A DNA stretch of 64,000 bases from Planctomycetaceae bacterium (GTDB lineage Bacteria; Planctomycetota; Phycisphaerae; Phycisphaerales; SM1A02). This document shows, in pieces, positions 24,024-32,632 of this stretch. Position 1 is the first letter of the stretch; every line of letters starts with the position of its first letter. Both the position numbers and the translations under genes were made by a program. The stretch covers positions 542 to 64,541 of the forward strand of contig JAJTGK010000004.1 of NCBI GenBank assembly GCA_021297815.1. Reading direction: 5' to 3'. The notes below the pieces were generated by a model that saw only the letters and a program-made list of their open reading frames with translations, was not told the origin of the DNA and searched no databases.

Positions 24024-25297
24024 GCCACACCTCCGTTCTTCGCCGCATAGAGCGCGAGGTACTCGTCGGCGCGCGCCCGCGCGCTCGGCAGCTGGCCGAT
24101 CACGCCCGCGACCATCTTGGCCTCGACCGCGTCGAGCGCACGCATGGCGAAGCCGTTGCCCGCGAGGCCCTTGCGCCGCTCGCTGTCGAGCTCGAGGTGC
24201 ATGTGCGCGAAGTACCAGTTGCTCGTCGCCACCGCGTGCGCCCGCAGCGCCGCGGAGGCGATCTCAAGCATGCCGCGACGCTGCGCCTCGTCCTCGCAGT
24301 GCCTGCGCGCCACGCACGACAGCGCGACTGCGGCCCACGCCTTGCGCTCACCCACCGAGGGCTCGACGCCGCCGCCCGCGCGCACCGCCTCGATGAGCCG
24401 GTTCGCCGCGTCGGCGGCAGCCCCCGCATCGCACACCGCGTCGAGCTCGAGCGCGACGACATCGATGCACGCCGCGAAGGTGAGGTTGCGCGACGGCGAG
24501 ATCGACGGGTACTCGGCCAACCGCTCGGCGATCGCCGCCGAGGCGCGGAAATCGTCGCGCGCCGACGCCGCGAGCGGCCGCCACGCGTCGAAGCCCGTCA
24601 TCGGCACCGTGCTGCGCAGCGCGTGGCCACGGGCCCAGTGCGCGAGCGCCCGCGCAAGAAGCACCGTCGGAGTCTCGGAATAGTGCGTCGAGTAGTCGAG
24701 CACCGACGACGCCATGCCGATCGCGTGCGTCGCATGGCCCTGCATGAAGGTCATGTTCGCGAGCTGCGCGTCGCACAGCAGCCGCCAGTCGACGCCGACG
24801 CCGTCGATGCGCAGCGCCTCGCGCAGGCAGCGCACGGCCTCGATATACGAGCCCATCGCCTCCTGTGCGAGCGACTCGATGTAGAGCGCCGCCGCGCGCC
24901 GCGTGGGATTGTCGGCCGCCACGCCCGCGCGCACCGCAAGCCGCACGGCTTCGGAGTAGTCGCGCTCGGCGCGCCGCTCGAGGCTCGCGTTGTAGAGCTC
25001 GGCGAAGCCCATTTCTTCCGTGAGATCGGCCGCGCGCCGCGCATTCGCGGGCTTCATGAGGTGGTCGACGACCGCCTCCACGGGCCAGTCGAGCGCGCGT
25101 GCAAGACCGACCACGAGGTCGATCTTCGGCATGCCGCTCTCTGGAACAAGCCGCCCGGGCTGCCGCCCGAGCGCCATCGCGAGCTCCTTCATCGACCAGT
25201 TGCGATAGGTGCGTGCCAGCGCCTGGAGCTCCTCGAGCCGCTCGCGCGCATGCGCTTCGCGGGCGGCCTCGAAGCCCGATGCATCTTCTGTCAGCAT
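24020..25297 (-). CDS. XRE-like HTH plus helical-repeat (TPR-like) protein, paralog B
   Basis: ATG 25297 with a GGAGG SD 5 nt upstream. HTH-like segment ..WSMKELAMALGRQPGRLVPESGMPKIDLVVGLARALDWP.., followed by about 350 aa of helical Ala/Leu/Arg-rich repeats. Confidence 0.65.
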   Translation of the reverse strand: MLTEDASGFEAAREAHARERLEELQALARTYRNWSMKELAMALGRQPGRLVPESGMPKIDLVVGLARALDWPVEAVVDHLMKPANARRAADLTEEMGFAELYNASLERRAERDYSEAVRLAVRAGVAADNPTRRAAALYIESLAQEAMGSYIEAVRCLREALRIDGVGVDWRLLCDAQLANMTFMQGHATHAIGMASSVLDYSTHYSETPTVLLARALAHWARGHALRSTVPMTGFDAWRPLAASARDDFRASAAIAERLAEYPSISPSRNLTFAACIDVVALELDAVCDAGAAADAANRLIEAVRAGGGVEPSVGERKAWAAVALSCVARRHCEDEAQRRGMLEIASAALRAHAVATSNWYFAHMHLELDSERRKGLAGNGFAMRALDAVEAKMVAGVIGQLPSARARADEYLALYAAKNGGVA

Positions 25298-26694
25298 GGA
25301 ACCTCCGATCTTGCAGCAAGAGCGGCGCATGACGGCGCCGAAGCCGCAGCTGTGTGACAGTCGAACGCCAACTCGCGACGAGTCAAGTGACATTCGACGG
25401 TGAATCTCTCAATCGTGCGCCACGATGAACCGTGGCTCAAGACGAATGCCTTCGATGCGAGCGCCCGCATATCGCGGTCTGACAGGCACTTGGGGAAGCG
25501 CACGCACGCGCTGAGGAACTCGTGCGCATCGGCGTCGTCGAAGTGCACGGAATCTCGCCCGTCGAGCGCCACTCGCACTGCGACTTCGCGCAACTGCAGC
25601 CGGGCGCGGCGCGAACGCAGCAGGACGCGAAGCTCGGGAGGAAGCGCGGGGAGCCCGTCCCGACCGTGCTCCTCGACATCGGCAAGCGCGAGCGAGGCGC
25701 GCGCCGCGAGCTGCGATGCTCGGCGTCGCGCACGCGCGTCGGATGCGACCGCCGCCGAGATGAACATGCGCAATCCGACAGTGGAAATGCGCCAGAACGC
25801 GCGTACCGCGGCCTCGTGGCGCGGCTCGTGCGGCAACATGCACGGCCCGCCCAGATTGGCGCATTCGAGCGCCGCCGACGCTTCATCAAGCGTGTGCAAG
25901 GCCTCGTCGGGCGAGAGCGGCACACCATCGACGCTCCACGGCACGCCTGCGGCGATCTCGTCGTCGATGCGCGTGCGGAGCGACCCGAGTGGCCGCTGGC
26001 CGCATGCATCGACCGAGAGACACTCGGCGCGCATCAGGCGATCGCCGAGCGCACGGAGCGCCGCCGCCGCACCGATCTCGCCGCGCGCCGCGGCAAGCCG
26101 CGCCTCGAGCATGGCATTGTGGGACGGCGTCCTGCACGATGTGAAGTCCGGTCGTACGGCGGCGCGCGAAGCCCCTGCATTCCACACGGCGGACCGCCCG
26201 CCATCGTCCTCGCATGCCAACGCGTCGCGCCGAAGTCCGCACCGAAAGCCATTCGAATGCGCCGCGTGCGCGCGCCGCTCGCACCTTTCGTCGCTGGGCG
26301 TCTGCGGCTCCTGCGCCTCCTGCGCCTCGCGCGTCTCCCATCCCCCCGCGACCAGCGACGAAAGCCCCGCCACATCGTCTGCTTCGCTCGCAGCGCAGGC
26401 CGCGGCGCGCCAGTCGGGGCCATGCACAGCCCGCTCCGCAGCGATCACCTCGGCGGCCGTCGCGGTCGACCAGCCGAGCGCTCGCGCGAGATCGTGCACG
26501 ACGCCAAGCGACGGCACGGCCCGCATGCCCGCGAGGCTGCGGAGGTCGCGCTGCACCGAGTGCGCCGCGTCGCGCGCGCTGCCGCCATGCGTGCCCGCAA
26601 GCAGGGCAAACATGCCGCGCGTGCGCGACACCAGCCGCTTTCCGCAGGGTGGCACAAGGCCCTCGCTCGCTCTCCAGCGAAGGGCCGACTGCAT
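25291..26694 (-). CDS. XRE-like HTH plus helical domain protein, paralog C
   Basis: Shares ..GMRAVPSLGVVHDLARALGWS.. with paralog B. Its stop overlaps B's start region by 7 nt. The start is uncertain (ATG 26694 chosen, alternative 26613). The rest of the 1856-aa track ORF is an antisense shadow. Confidence 0.55.
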   Translation of the reverse strand: MQSALRWRASEGLVPPCGKRLVSRTRGMFALLAGTHGGSARDAAHSVQRDLRSLAGMRAVPSLGVVHDLARALGWSTATAAEVIAAERAVHGPDWRAAACAASEADDVAGLSSLVAGGWETREAQEAQEPQTPSDERCERRAHAAHSNGFRCGLRRDALACEDDGGRSAVWNAGASRAAVRPDFTSCRTPSHNAMLEARLAAARGEIGAAAALRALGDRLMRAECLSVDACGQRPLGSLRTRIDDEIAAGVPWSVDGVPLSPDEALHTLDEASAALECANLGGPCMLPHEPRHEAAVRAFWRISTVGLRMFISAAVASDARARRRASQLAARASLALADVEEHGRDGLPALPPELRVLLRSRRARLQLREVAVRVALDGRDSVHFDDADAHEFLSACVRFPKCLSDRDMRALASKAFVLSHGSSWRTIERFTVECHLTRRELAFDCHTAAASAPSCAALAARSEVPC

Positions 26695-26871
26695 GCGGAG
26701 GGTTGTTGGACAGGCTTCGCGTTCCACGACGCGCAGGGTGCCGAGCGCACGCCGACCCTCAAGCCCCTGCTTCTCGGAATGACGGAAGCGCAGCAGATCG
26801 CACGGGGGCAGCGCACGCGCCTTTCTGCATTCGAGCGGCGAAAGTGCGCGTCCACTGGTTACCCTGACCGT

Positions 26872-27465
26872 GTGATCGTGCCCGACCGCACCGATCGAGA
26901 ACTCATCAACCACGCGCTGCGTGGCGAGGAAGCCGCGTGGAACGCCCTCGTTGACCGCTATGGCGGCCTCGCCTTCTCGACGGCGCGACGCGCGGGCCTG
27001 AGCCGCACCGATGCCGAGGATGTCTCGCAGACGGTGTTCGCGGCGCTGGTGCGTTCGCTCGCATCGCTTCGCGAGAGCGAGCGCCTGGCCGCGTGGATCG
27101 CAACATCCGCGCGACGCGAGGCCTGGCGCGTCGCACGCGTTGCACGCGCGGCACGCTCGACAGGCGACATCGACGACGCCGCCCCGATCGACCCAGATGA
27201 ACACTCCGAAGCCGAGGCGTTCGAGCGCCGCACCTTGGTGACGCGTGCACTCGCCTCGATCGACGATCGATGCCGCGAACTGCTGCAGGCGCTCTTCCTT
27301 GGCGGCCAAGAGACCGCCTACGAGGCGATCGGACGGCGCTTCAACATCACCGCGAACTCGGTCGGTCCGATACGCAACCGCTGCCTCCGACGGCTTCTCG
27401 AGTCGCTTGAGCGCCTTGGCTTCGAACCCTCCACGCTGGGGCTTCCCGCGCGATCGCGCGATTGA
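26872..27465 (+). CDS. ECF-type RNA polymerase sigma-70 factor
   Basis: ..DRELINHALRGEEAAWNALVDRYGGLAFSTARR..DAEDVSQTVF.. (region 2) and ..ETAYEAIGRRFNITANSVGPIRNRCLRRL.. (region 4). GTG 26872 was chosen; the alternative ATG 26779 adds 31 aa. Confidence 0.85.
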   Translation: MIVPDRTDRELINHALRGEEAAWNALVDRYGGLAFSTARRAGLSRTDAEDVSQTVFAALVRSLASLRESERLAAWIATSARREAWRVARVARAARSTGDIDDAAPIDPDEHSEAEAFERRTLVTRALASIDDRCRELLQALFLGGQETAYEAIGRRFNITANSVGPIRNRCLRRLLESLERLGFEPSTLGLPARSRD

Positions 27466-27523
27466 CCTGTACGAAATGCGCCCGAGCAGCCTCTGTACCC
27501 ACGAACGCACGCGTTGACCTCCC

Positions 27524-28204
27524 ATGGCGCCTGTCCCCGACGAACCCCCTCCGCCCGATTCCGACCCACGCGATCCCGAGGCGATCGTGCGCGCCGTGCT
27601 CGAAACGGCGACGGCAGCCGAGGCCGAGGCCGTGCAGCGCGCGGTGGCCTCCGATCCGCAGGCTGCGCGCCTTGCGGGAGTGCTGCGCGATGTGCGGCGC
27701 GCGATCGTCGATGCGCGGACCGAAGCCGCCGACCCGCCTCCTGCATCGCTCTTCGCGCGCGCGAAGGCGCTCTCGTCGCTTCTGCCGACACCACCCTCGT
27801 GGTTCGACCGCATGACGGCGACCGTGCTCGCGAGGATCGACGGCGCCGCCGACGGATTCCTCGGCGGGTTCTCCGCCGCACCCGCGCTGCGCGGGCCGAA
27901 CGACGGCGCGCTCGTCACCTTCGCGCACGCCGACGCCAGGCTCGACCTCTCGGCCTCGCGCGCCGCCGACGGAACGACCTCGTTGCGCATCCAGCTCGAG
28001 ATCACCTCGGACAGCGGCTCGCTGGCGGGCGAGTTCCTCGTGCTCGACGCCGAGAGCGGCGCCGTGATCGCGTCGGGTCCGATCTCGGCCGATGGCGCAG
28101 CCGTCGCCACGCTTCGTGCGGGTGAACCGCCGTCTCGCCGCGTCGACCTCGTCGTGCGCGCGCCGCAAGAAGTGCTGGTCGCCTCGGGGCTCGAACTGCC
28201 ATGA
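27524..28204 (+). CDS. anti-sigma-like hypothetical protein (no TM segment)
   Basis: It sits in the canonical anti-sigma slot, 58 nt after the sigma gene. Helical N-terminal third and beta-rich C-terminal half. No HxxxCxxC motif and no TM helix. Its stop overlaps the CHAT gene ATG. Confidence 0.55.
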   Translation: MAPVPDEPPPPDSDPRDPEAIVRAVLETATAAEAEAVQRAVASDPQAARLAGVLRDVRRAIVDARTEAADPPPASLFARAKALSSLLPTPPSWFDRMTATVLARIDGAADGFLGGFSAAPALRGPNDGALVTFAHADARLDLSASRAADGTTSLRIQLEITSDSGSLAGEFLVLDAESGAVIASGPISADGAAVATLRAGEPPSRRVDLVVRAPQEVLVASGLELP

Positions 28205-30870
28205 GCTCCGCCGCAGCCGCGCAGCGCGCCGCTGCATGCGCCGAGTTCGAGCGACTGGCGCAGTCGAACCCTGAACGCGCGGTCGCCGACGGCGATGCCC
28301 TGCTTGCGCGCATGCGCTCCGCCGACGACGCCGCGAACTTCGCCTACGCGTCGCGCTCGATGGTCAACGCGCTTCCACATGTCGGAAAGCCACACGAGGC
28401 GATCCGATGCGCCGCGGACGCGAGGCGTTTCGCCCGTTCGCGCGCGCCCGCCGAGGCCGCGCGCATCCTGATCGCCGCCATGCATCCGCGCGCGAAGCTC
28501 GGCAATCTGAAGGGCGCGATGCGCGCGGGCGAGCAGGCCGTGCGCGAGTTCACGGCGCTTGGCGAGCACGCGCTCGTTGCGCGCGCCGAACTCAACCTCG
28601 CGAATGTCGCGAAGGCGCTCGGACAGCCGCATCGCGCGATCGATCTGATCGGACGCGTGCTCGCGCAAGGCGATGCGGTCGTGGCGATCAGGGGCCGCGC
28701 GCTCAATGTGCTCGGCGAGGCGTGCGTGCAGGCCGCCGACCTCGCGGGCGCGCGCCGTGCGTTCAGCGACGCGCTTGAAGCGCTCTCGGCGCAGGGTGAG
28801 GGCTTCGCCTGCGCGGTAGTCGCGGGAAACCTCGCCGACACCGCGGCGCGCGCGGGCGACATCGAGCACGCGCTGCGTGGATTTCGCGACGCGCGCGCGC
28901 GATTTGCGGCGCTCGGCGCGCATGCCGAGGCGTGCCGCAACGCCATCGAGGAGGCGATGCTGCTCGAGTCCTCGGGCTTCGTGTCCGATGCGCGCGCGCG
29001 CGCGGCCGATGCATGCGCCGACGCCGACCGACTCAACCTTGCGGCCGAGAGCGCGCGGGCGCGGCTCGTCATCGGTCTTGCAGACCTCGCTTCCGACGCG
29101 CACGCGACGGCGTCGGTCGTGCTGCGCGACGCGGCGCAGCGCTTCGCGGCGTTGGGCGACATGGCCTCGCATGCACTTGCCCTCTCGGCGCTGGCGCGCT
29201 GCCTCGCGGCGTCGTGCGATGCCGATGCGCGCGCGACGGCGCAGCGCGCCGTCGACGCGGCGCGTTCGTCGGGTTCGCCCGCGGAACTCGTGCTCGCGCT
29301 CGCCGCGCAGTGCACGGTGTCGCCGCGCGATGCCGAGGCATGCGCCGCCGCGCGCGAATCGCGTGCGCTCGCCGATCGGACCGACATCACGGCGCTGCGC
29401 GCCGAATCGCTCGGCGCATCGGCGCTTGTCGCGCGTCATGCGGGCCGTTCCGCCGACGCCGTCGCCGACGCTCGCAGCGCGCTCACCGCCATGGCCGCCG
29501 TGCACGGCTCGCTCGCGCTGCCGCGCACGCGCAGCGCGTTCCTGACCCGCCGAGGCGACATGGCGCGCGAGCTCGCCGCCGCCCTCATCGCCGATGGCTC
29601 TCCCGCCGCGGTCGCCGAGGCGTTTTCCGCGCTCGACCGCGCGCGGAGCCTGGCGATCCTCGATGCCATCGCGCGGCCCGACATCGGGCGCGCTCCTCTT
29701 GCAGACAGCGAGGCTGCGGCGCGCGCCCGCGAAATCCACGACCGCATCGACGCCACGCACGCAAGCTCCGCCGCCGTCGCCGAGGCCTTTCGCGCCGACA
29801 TCGCGGCTCGCCGCGCGGAATTCGAGCGTGAACTCGATCGCAGCGACACACGCCCTGCGCCCACGGCGGCCGCGTGCGGCGCGCTTCAGGCGCCATTCGT
29901 CGCGTTCTTCGAGCATGAAGCGCGCGTCCATCTTCTCACGCGCATGCCCGATGGCTCGACACGCGCCGTGCAGCTGCCGCACGACCTCCGCGAACTCGCC
30001 GATGCATGCGCGGCGCTTCATTTCCAGGTCGAGCGCAGGTTGCGCGGCGCGCCTTCGTCGGAGCGCCTGCGACGCACGGCGCGCGAGGCCGAGCAGCAGC
30101 TCGAGCGCATGCTTGCGCCTTCCATGCGCCTTGCGACCGACGGATGGACCGCGACGGTGGTGCTCGCGCCGTCGGCGTCGTTCGCTCGCGTACCGAACGC
30201 GCTCTTCGGCGAGGGATTCGCAGAAGTCCTCGTCGCGCCATCGCTCGAGGTGGCCGCGCTGCTCGGTGATGCGCCGCAAGGCGCACACGCGGCGACGGCG
30301 GCGGTCGTCTCCGTGGCCGACGCGCACGCGCCGTCGATCGCCACCGAAGGCCACATCGTCGCGCGGCGGCTTGCGGCGCGCATGCCGCTCGCGCATCTCG
30401 ATGGCCCTCACGCCACGCGCAGCGCCTTCGCCGAGGTGCTTTCCCAAGCGGCGCTGGCGCATGTCGCTTGCCACGGCGCCTTTCCTGCGGGCGCGCCGAA
30501 CCTCGCGGGTCTGCGGCTTGCCGATGGCTGGTTCACCGCGCGCGACGCACACGCGCTGCCGCGCGCGCCGCGCGAACTCGTGCTCAGCGGCTGCGTGACC
30601 GCCGCCACGGCGCGTCACGACGGAGAAGAGTGGTTCGGCCTCGTGCGCGGTTTCGCCGCCGCGGGCACACGCCGCCTCATCGCCAGCCTCTGGCCCGTCG
30701 ACGACCGCGCCACCACCGCATGCATGGAGCGCCTCTACGACCTCGACGACATGCCATCGGCCGCGCTCCCGCGCCTGGTCCGTGAACTCCGCGCCGAGGG
30801 CGAGCACCCTGCCGTCTGGGGTGCCTTCCGCGTCATCGGCGGCGCGAGTGCCGCATCGCAACCCTCCTGA
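28201..30870 (+). CDS. TPR-repeat plus CHAT-domain (caspase-fold) protease, 889 aa
   Basis: About 550 aa of TPR-like repeats, then the CHAT signatures ..LAHVACHGAF.. (His758, 30472..30474), ..ELVLSGCVTA.. (Cys798, 30592..30594) and ..RLIASLWPVDD... ATGA overlap with the upstream gene. Confidence 0.88.
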   Translation: MSSAAAAQRAAACAEFERLAQSNPERAVADGDALLARMRSADDAANFAYASRSMVNALPHVGKPHEAIRCAADARRFARSRAPAEAARILIAAMHPRAKLGNLKGAMRAGEQAVREFTALGEHALVARAELNLANVAKALGQPHRAIDLIGRVLAQGDAVVAIRGRALNVLGEACVQAADLAGARRAFSDALEALSAQGEGFACAVVAGNLADTAARAGDIEHALRGFRDARARFAALGAHAEACRNAIEEAMLLESSGFVSDARARAADACADADRLNLAAESARARLVIGLADLASDAHATASVVLRDAAQRFAALGDMASHALALSALARCLAASCDADARATAQRAVDAARSSGSPAELVLALAAQCTVSPRDAEACAAARESRALADRTDITALRAESLGASALVARHAGRSADAVADARSALTAMAAVHGSLALPRTRSAFLTRRGDMARELAAALIADGSPAAVAEAFSALDRARSLAILDAIARPDIGRAPLADSEAAARAREIHDRIDATHASSAAVAEAFRADIAARRAEFERELDRSDTRPAPTAAACGALQAPFVAFFEHEARVHLLTRMPDGSTRAVQLPHDLRELADACAALHFQVERRLRGAPSSERLRRTAREAEQQLERMLAPSMRLATDGWTATVVLAPSASFARVPNALFGEGFAEVLVAPSLEVAALLGDAPQGAHAATAAVVSVADAHAPSIATEGHIVARRLAARMPLAHLDGPHATRSAFAEVLSQAALAHVACHGAFPAGAPNLAGLRLADGWFTARDAHALPRAPRELVLSGCVTAATARHDGEEWFGLVRGFAAAGTRRLIASLWPVDDRATTACMERLYDLDDMPSAALPRLVRELRAEGEHPAVWGAFRVIGGASAASQPS

Positions 30871-31003
30871 ACCCGACCGCGGTCACCACATGCCCACCAA
30901 CGATCACCGCCAACATTCCAGGAATGCCGCCACACGCACTTGCGCGTGGGCTGGAGCCGACCACACTCAGGTCGATCCGACGGCGGGCAGGAGAACACGC
31001 TCG

Positions 31004-32623
31004 ATGCGCCACCGACTCGATACCTGTCTCCTCACCACCGCCGTCGCGCTGTGCGCTGCGGCGACGGTGTGCGCCGAGATTCCCGAAGGGACGATCGACA
31101 TCGGCACCCTGCTCATCCGCGGCACCGCGGGCGCCGCCGACGACGCGGTCGTGCGCCTTGCCGCCGCGGGCTACGAGGCAAGCGTCGACGAGCGACTCGA
31201 GGCGATCGGACTCTCGCGGCTGTGCGTCGCGCCTGCGCCAGGAAGCGGCATCGATGTGCCGAGCGCGAAGGACATCCTCGCCGCCATCGCGGGCATCACG
31301 CCGCCCGCAGGCTTCGAGGAGGCCGGCTTCAACTACGAGTACGGGATCGGCGGCGGGCAGACGGGCAGCCTTTGGGTGACGCGTGCGGTGCCGCATCAGA
31401 ATCTCGATTTCAGAAACCAGTACGCCACGCAGGAGATCGGCATCGTCGCAGGCGACTCGTATCCAGGCGGTCCTCCTGGCAATCGCCTGCCGGCGAGCGG
31501 CCGTGGCGTGATCGTGGCGGTGCTCGACACGGGCGTGGTGCCCGTGGGCGACCTTGCGCGCGTGGCGCTGCCGTACTCGTTCGACGCCGTGTCGGGAGAA
31601 CTGCCCTCGACGGGTGCGCCCACCCTCGATCCAGGTGGCGACGGCATCGACAGCGACAACGACGGCGCCATCGACGAGTGTGTCGGGCATGGATCGTTCG
31701 TGGGAAGCCTGATCGCGCTCGTCGCGCCCGAGGCGCGGCAGCTGCACATCCGATGCATCGAGAGCGATGGGCGCACGAGCACACTGCTGATCGCACGCGG
31801 TGTGAACGCGGCGATCGACGCAGGCGCCCATGTGGTCAACATCTCGGCGGTCGTGCCAAACGAACCCAATCTCCTTGGAAGCGTCGTGGACGCGGCGCGC
31901 GACAAGGGCATCGCGATCGTCGCGAGCGCAGGCAATTCCCCTGTCAATCAAAGCACCTATCCCGCAAGCTACCCCTCGGCGGGCAGCGTATCGGTGAGCG
32001 GCCCGAACTTCGGATTTTCCGCCGCGTTCGCGACCTTCAACCGCGAGGTCGACTTCTGCGCGCCAGGCGAGTCGCGCTACATCGGCCCTGCCACCGCGCC
32101 CGTTCCCGTCGACGGCGAGGTGGTCATCGGAATCATCGGCCGCATGCCGCTCGACCCCACGCAGCCGCTCTACTCGACGGCGAGCGGATCGAGCTTCTCG
32201 AGCGCGTTCGCGTCGGGTCTGGCTGCGCTGGTGCGCGGCGCGCAACCCGAGTGGCCAAGCACCGCGGTCCCCTTGGCGTCGATCGGAGCAAGCGTGGTCT
32301 CGCACATCGCCATGACGACCCACGGCATGGAGGTTCCGCGCGAGCAGCAACCGTTTGTCGGCTCGGGCGTGATCGATTGCGCCGCTGCGACGCTCTTCGT
32401 TTCAACCGATACGGTGCCCACGCTGCCGTTCGACATCAACCCCGCGGGTGGAACGGCCTCGGACGGCTCCCCCCGCATCGACGGCGCAGACCTCGCCGCG
32501 CTGCTCTCGGCATGGGGCCCCGTGCTTCCAGGGCGCATCTCGTACGCCGACCTCGACCACAACCGCGTCGTAAACGGCGCAGATCTCGCGGCGCTGCTCT
32601 CGCGCTGGACCACGACGCCCTGA
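31004..32623 (+). CDS. secreted S8 subtilisin-like serine peptidase with dockerin-like tail
   Basis: ATG 31004 with an AGGAG SD. Signal peptide ..LLTTAVALCAAATVCA. Catalytic triad VAVLDTGV, GHGSFVGS and SGSSFSSAFASG. C-terminal modules IDGADLAALLSAWG and VVNGADLAALLSRW. Confidence 0.88.
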   Translation: MRHRLDTCLLTTAVALCAAATVCAEIPEGTIDIGTLLIRGTAGAADDAVVRLAAAGYEASVDERLEAIGLSRLCVAPAPGSGIDVPSAKDILAAIAGITPPAGFEEAGFNYEYGIGGGQTGSLWVTRAVPHQNLDFRNQYATQEIGIVAGDSYPGGPPGNRLPASGRGVIVAVLDTGVVPVGDLARVALPYSFDAVSGELPSTGAPTLDPGGDGIDSDNDGAIDECVGHGSFVGSLIALVAPEARQLHIRCIESDGRTSTLLIARGVNAAIDAGAHVVNISAVVPNEPNLLGSVVDAARDKGIAIVASAGNSPVNQSTYPASYPSAGSVSVSGPNFGFSAAFATFNREVDFCAPGESRYIGPATAPVPVDGEVVIGIIGRMPLDPTQPLYSTASGSSFSSAFASGLAALVRGAQPEWPSTAVPLASIGASVVSHIAMTTHGMEVPREQQPFVGSGVIDCAAATLFVSTDTVPTLPFDINPAGGTASDGSPRIDGADLAALLSAWGPVLPGRISYADLDHNRVVNGADLAALLSRWTTTP

Positions 32624-32632
32624 CGGCGCGGC

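Noticed and set aside
27524-28204. A bacterial gasdermin was considered, because a CHAT and a subtilase protease are adjacent
   Set aside because: The protein has a helical, acidic, Pro-rich N-terminus and an Ig-like beta-rich C-terminus. It has no N-terminal Cys or gasdermin-like beta-core pattern that I can recognise. It sits in the anti-sigma position. This is not excluded without structure prediction.
25291-30861. 1856-aa minus-strand ORF, the longest in the track
   Set aside because: Only the 3' 1.4 kb (25291..26694) looks like a real gene. The rest is Arg/Ala/Gly-rich with no motifs and lies antisense to plus-strand genes with unambiguous sigma-70, CHAT and TPR signatures. It is the stop-free antisense shadow typical of high-GC DNA.
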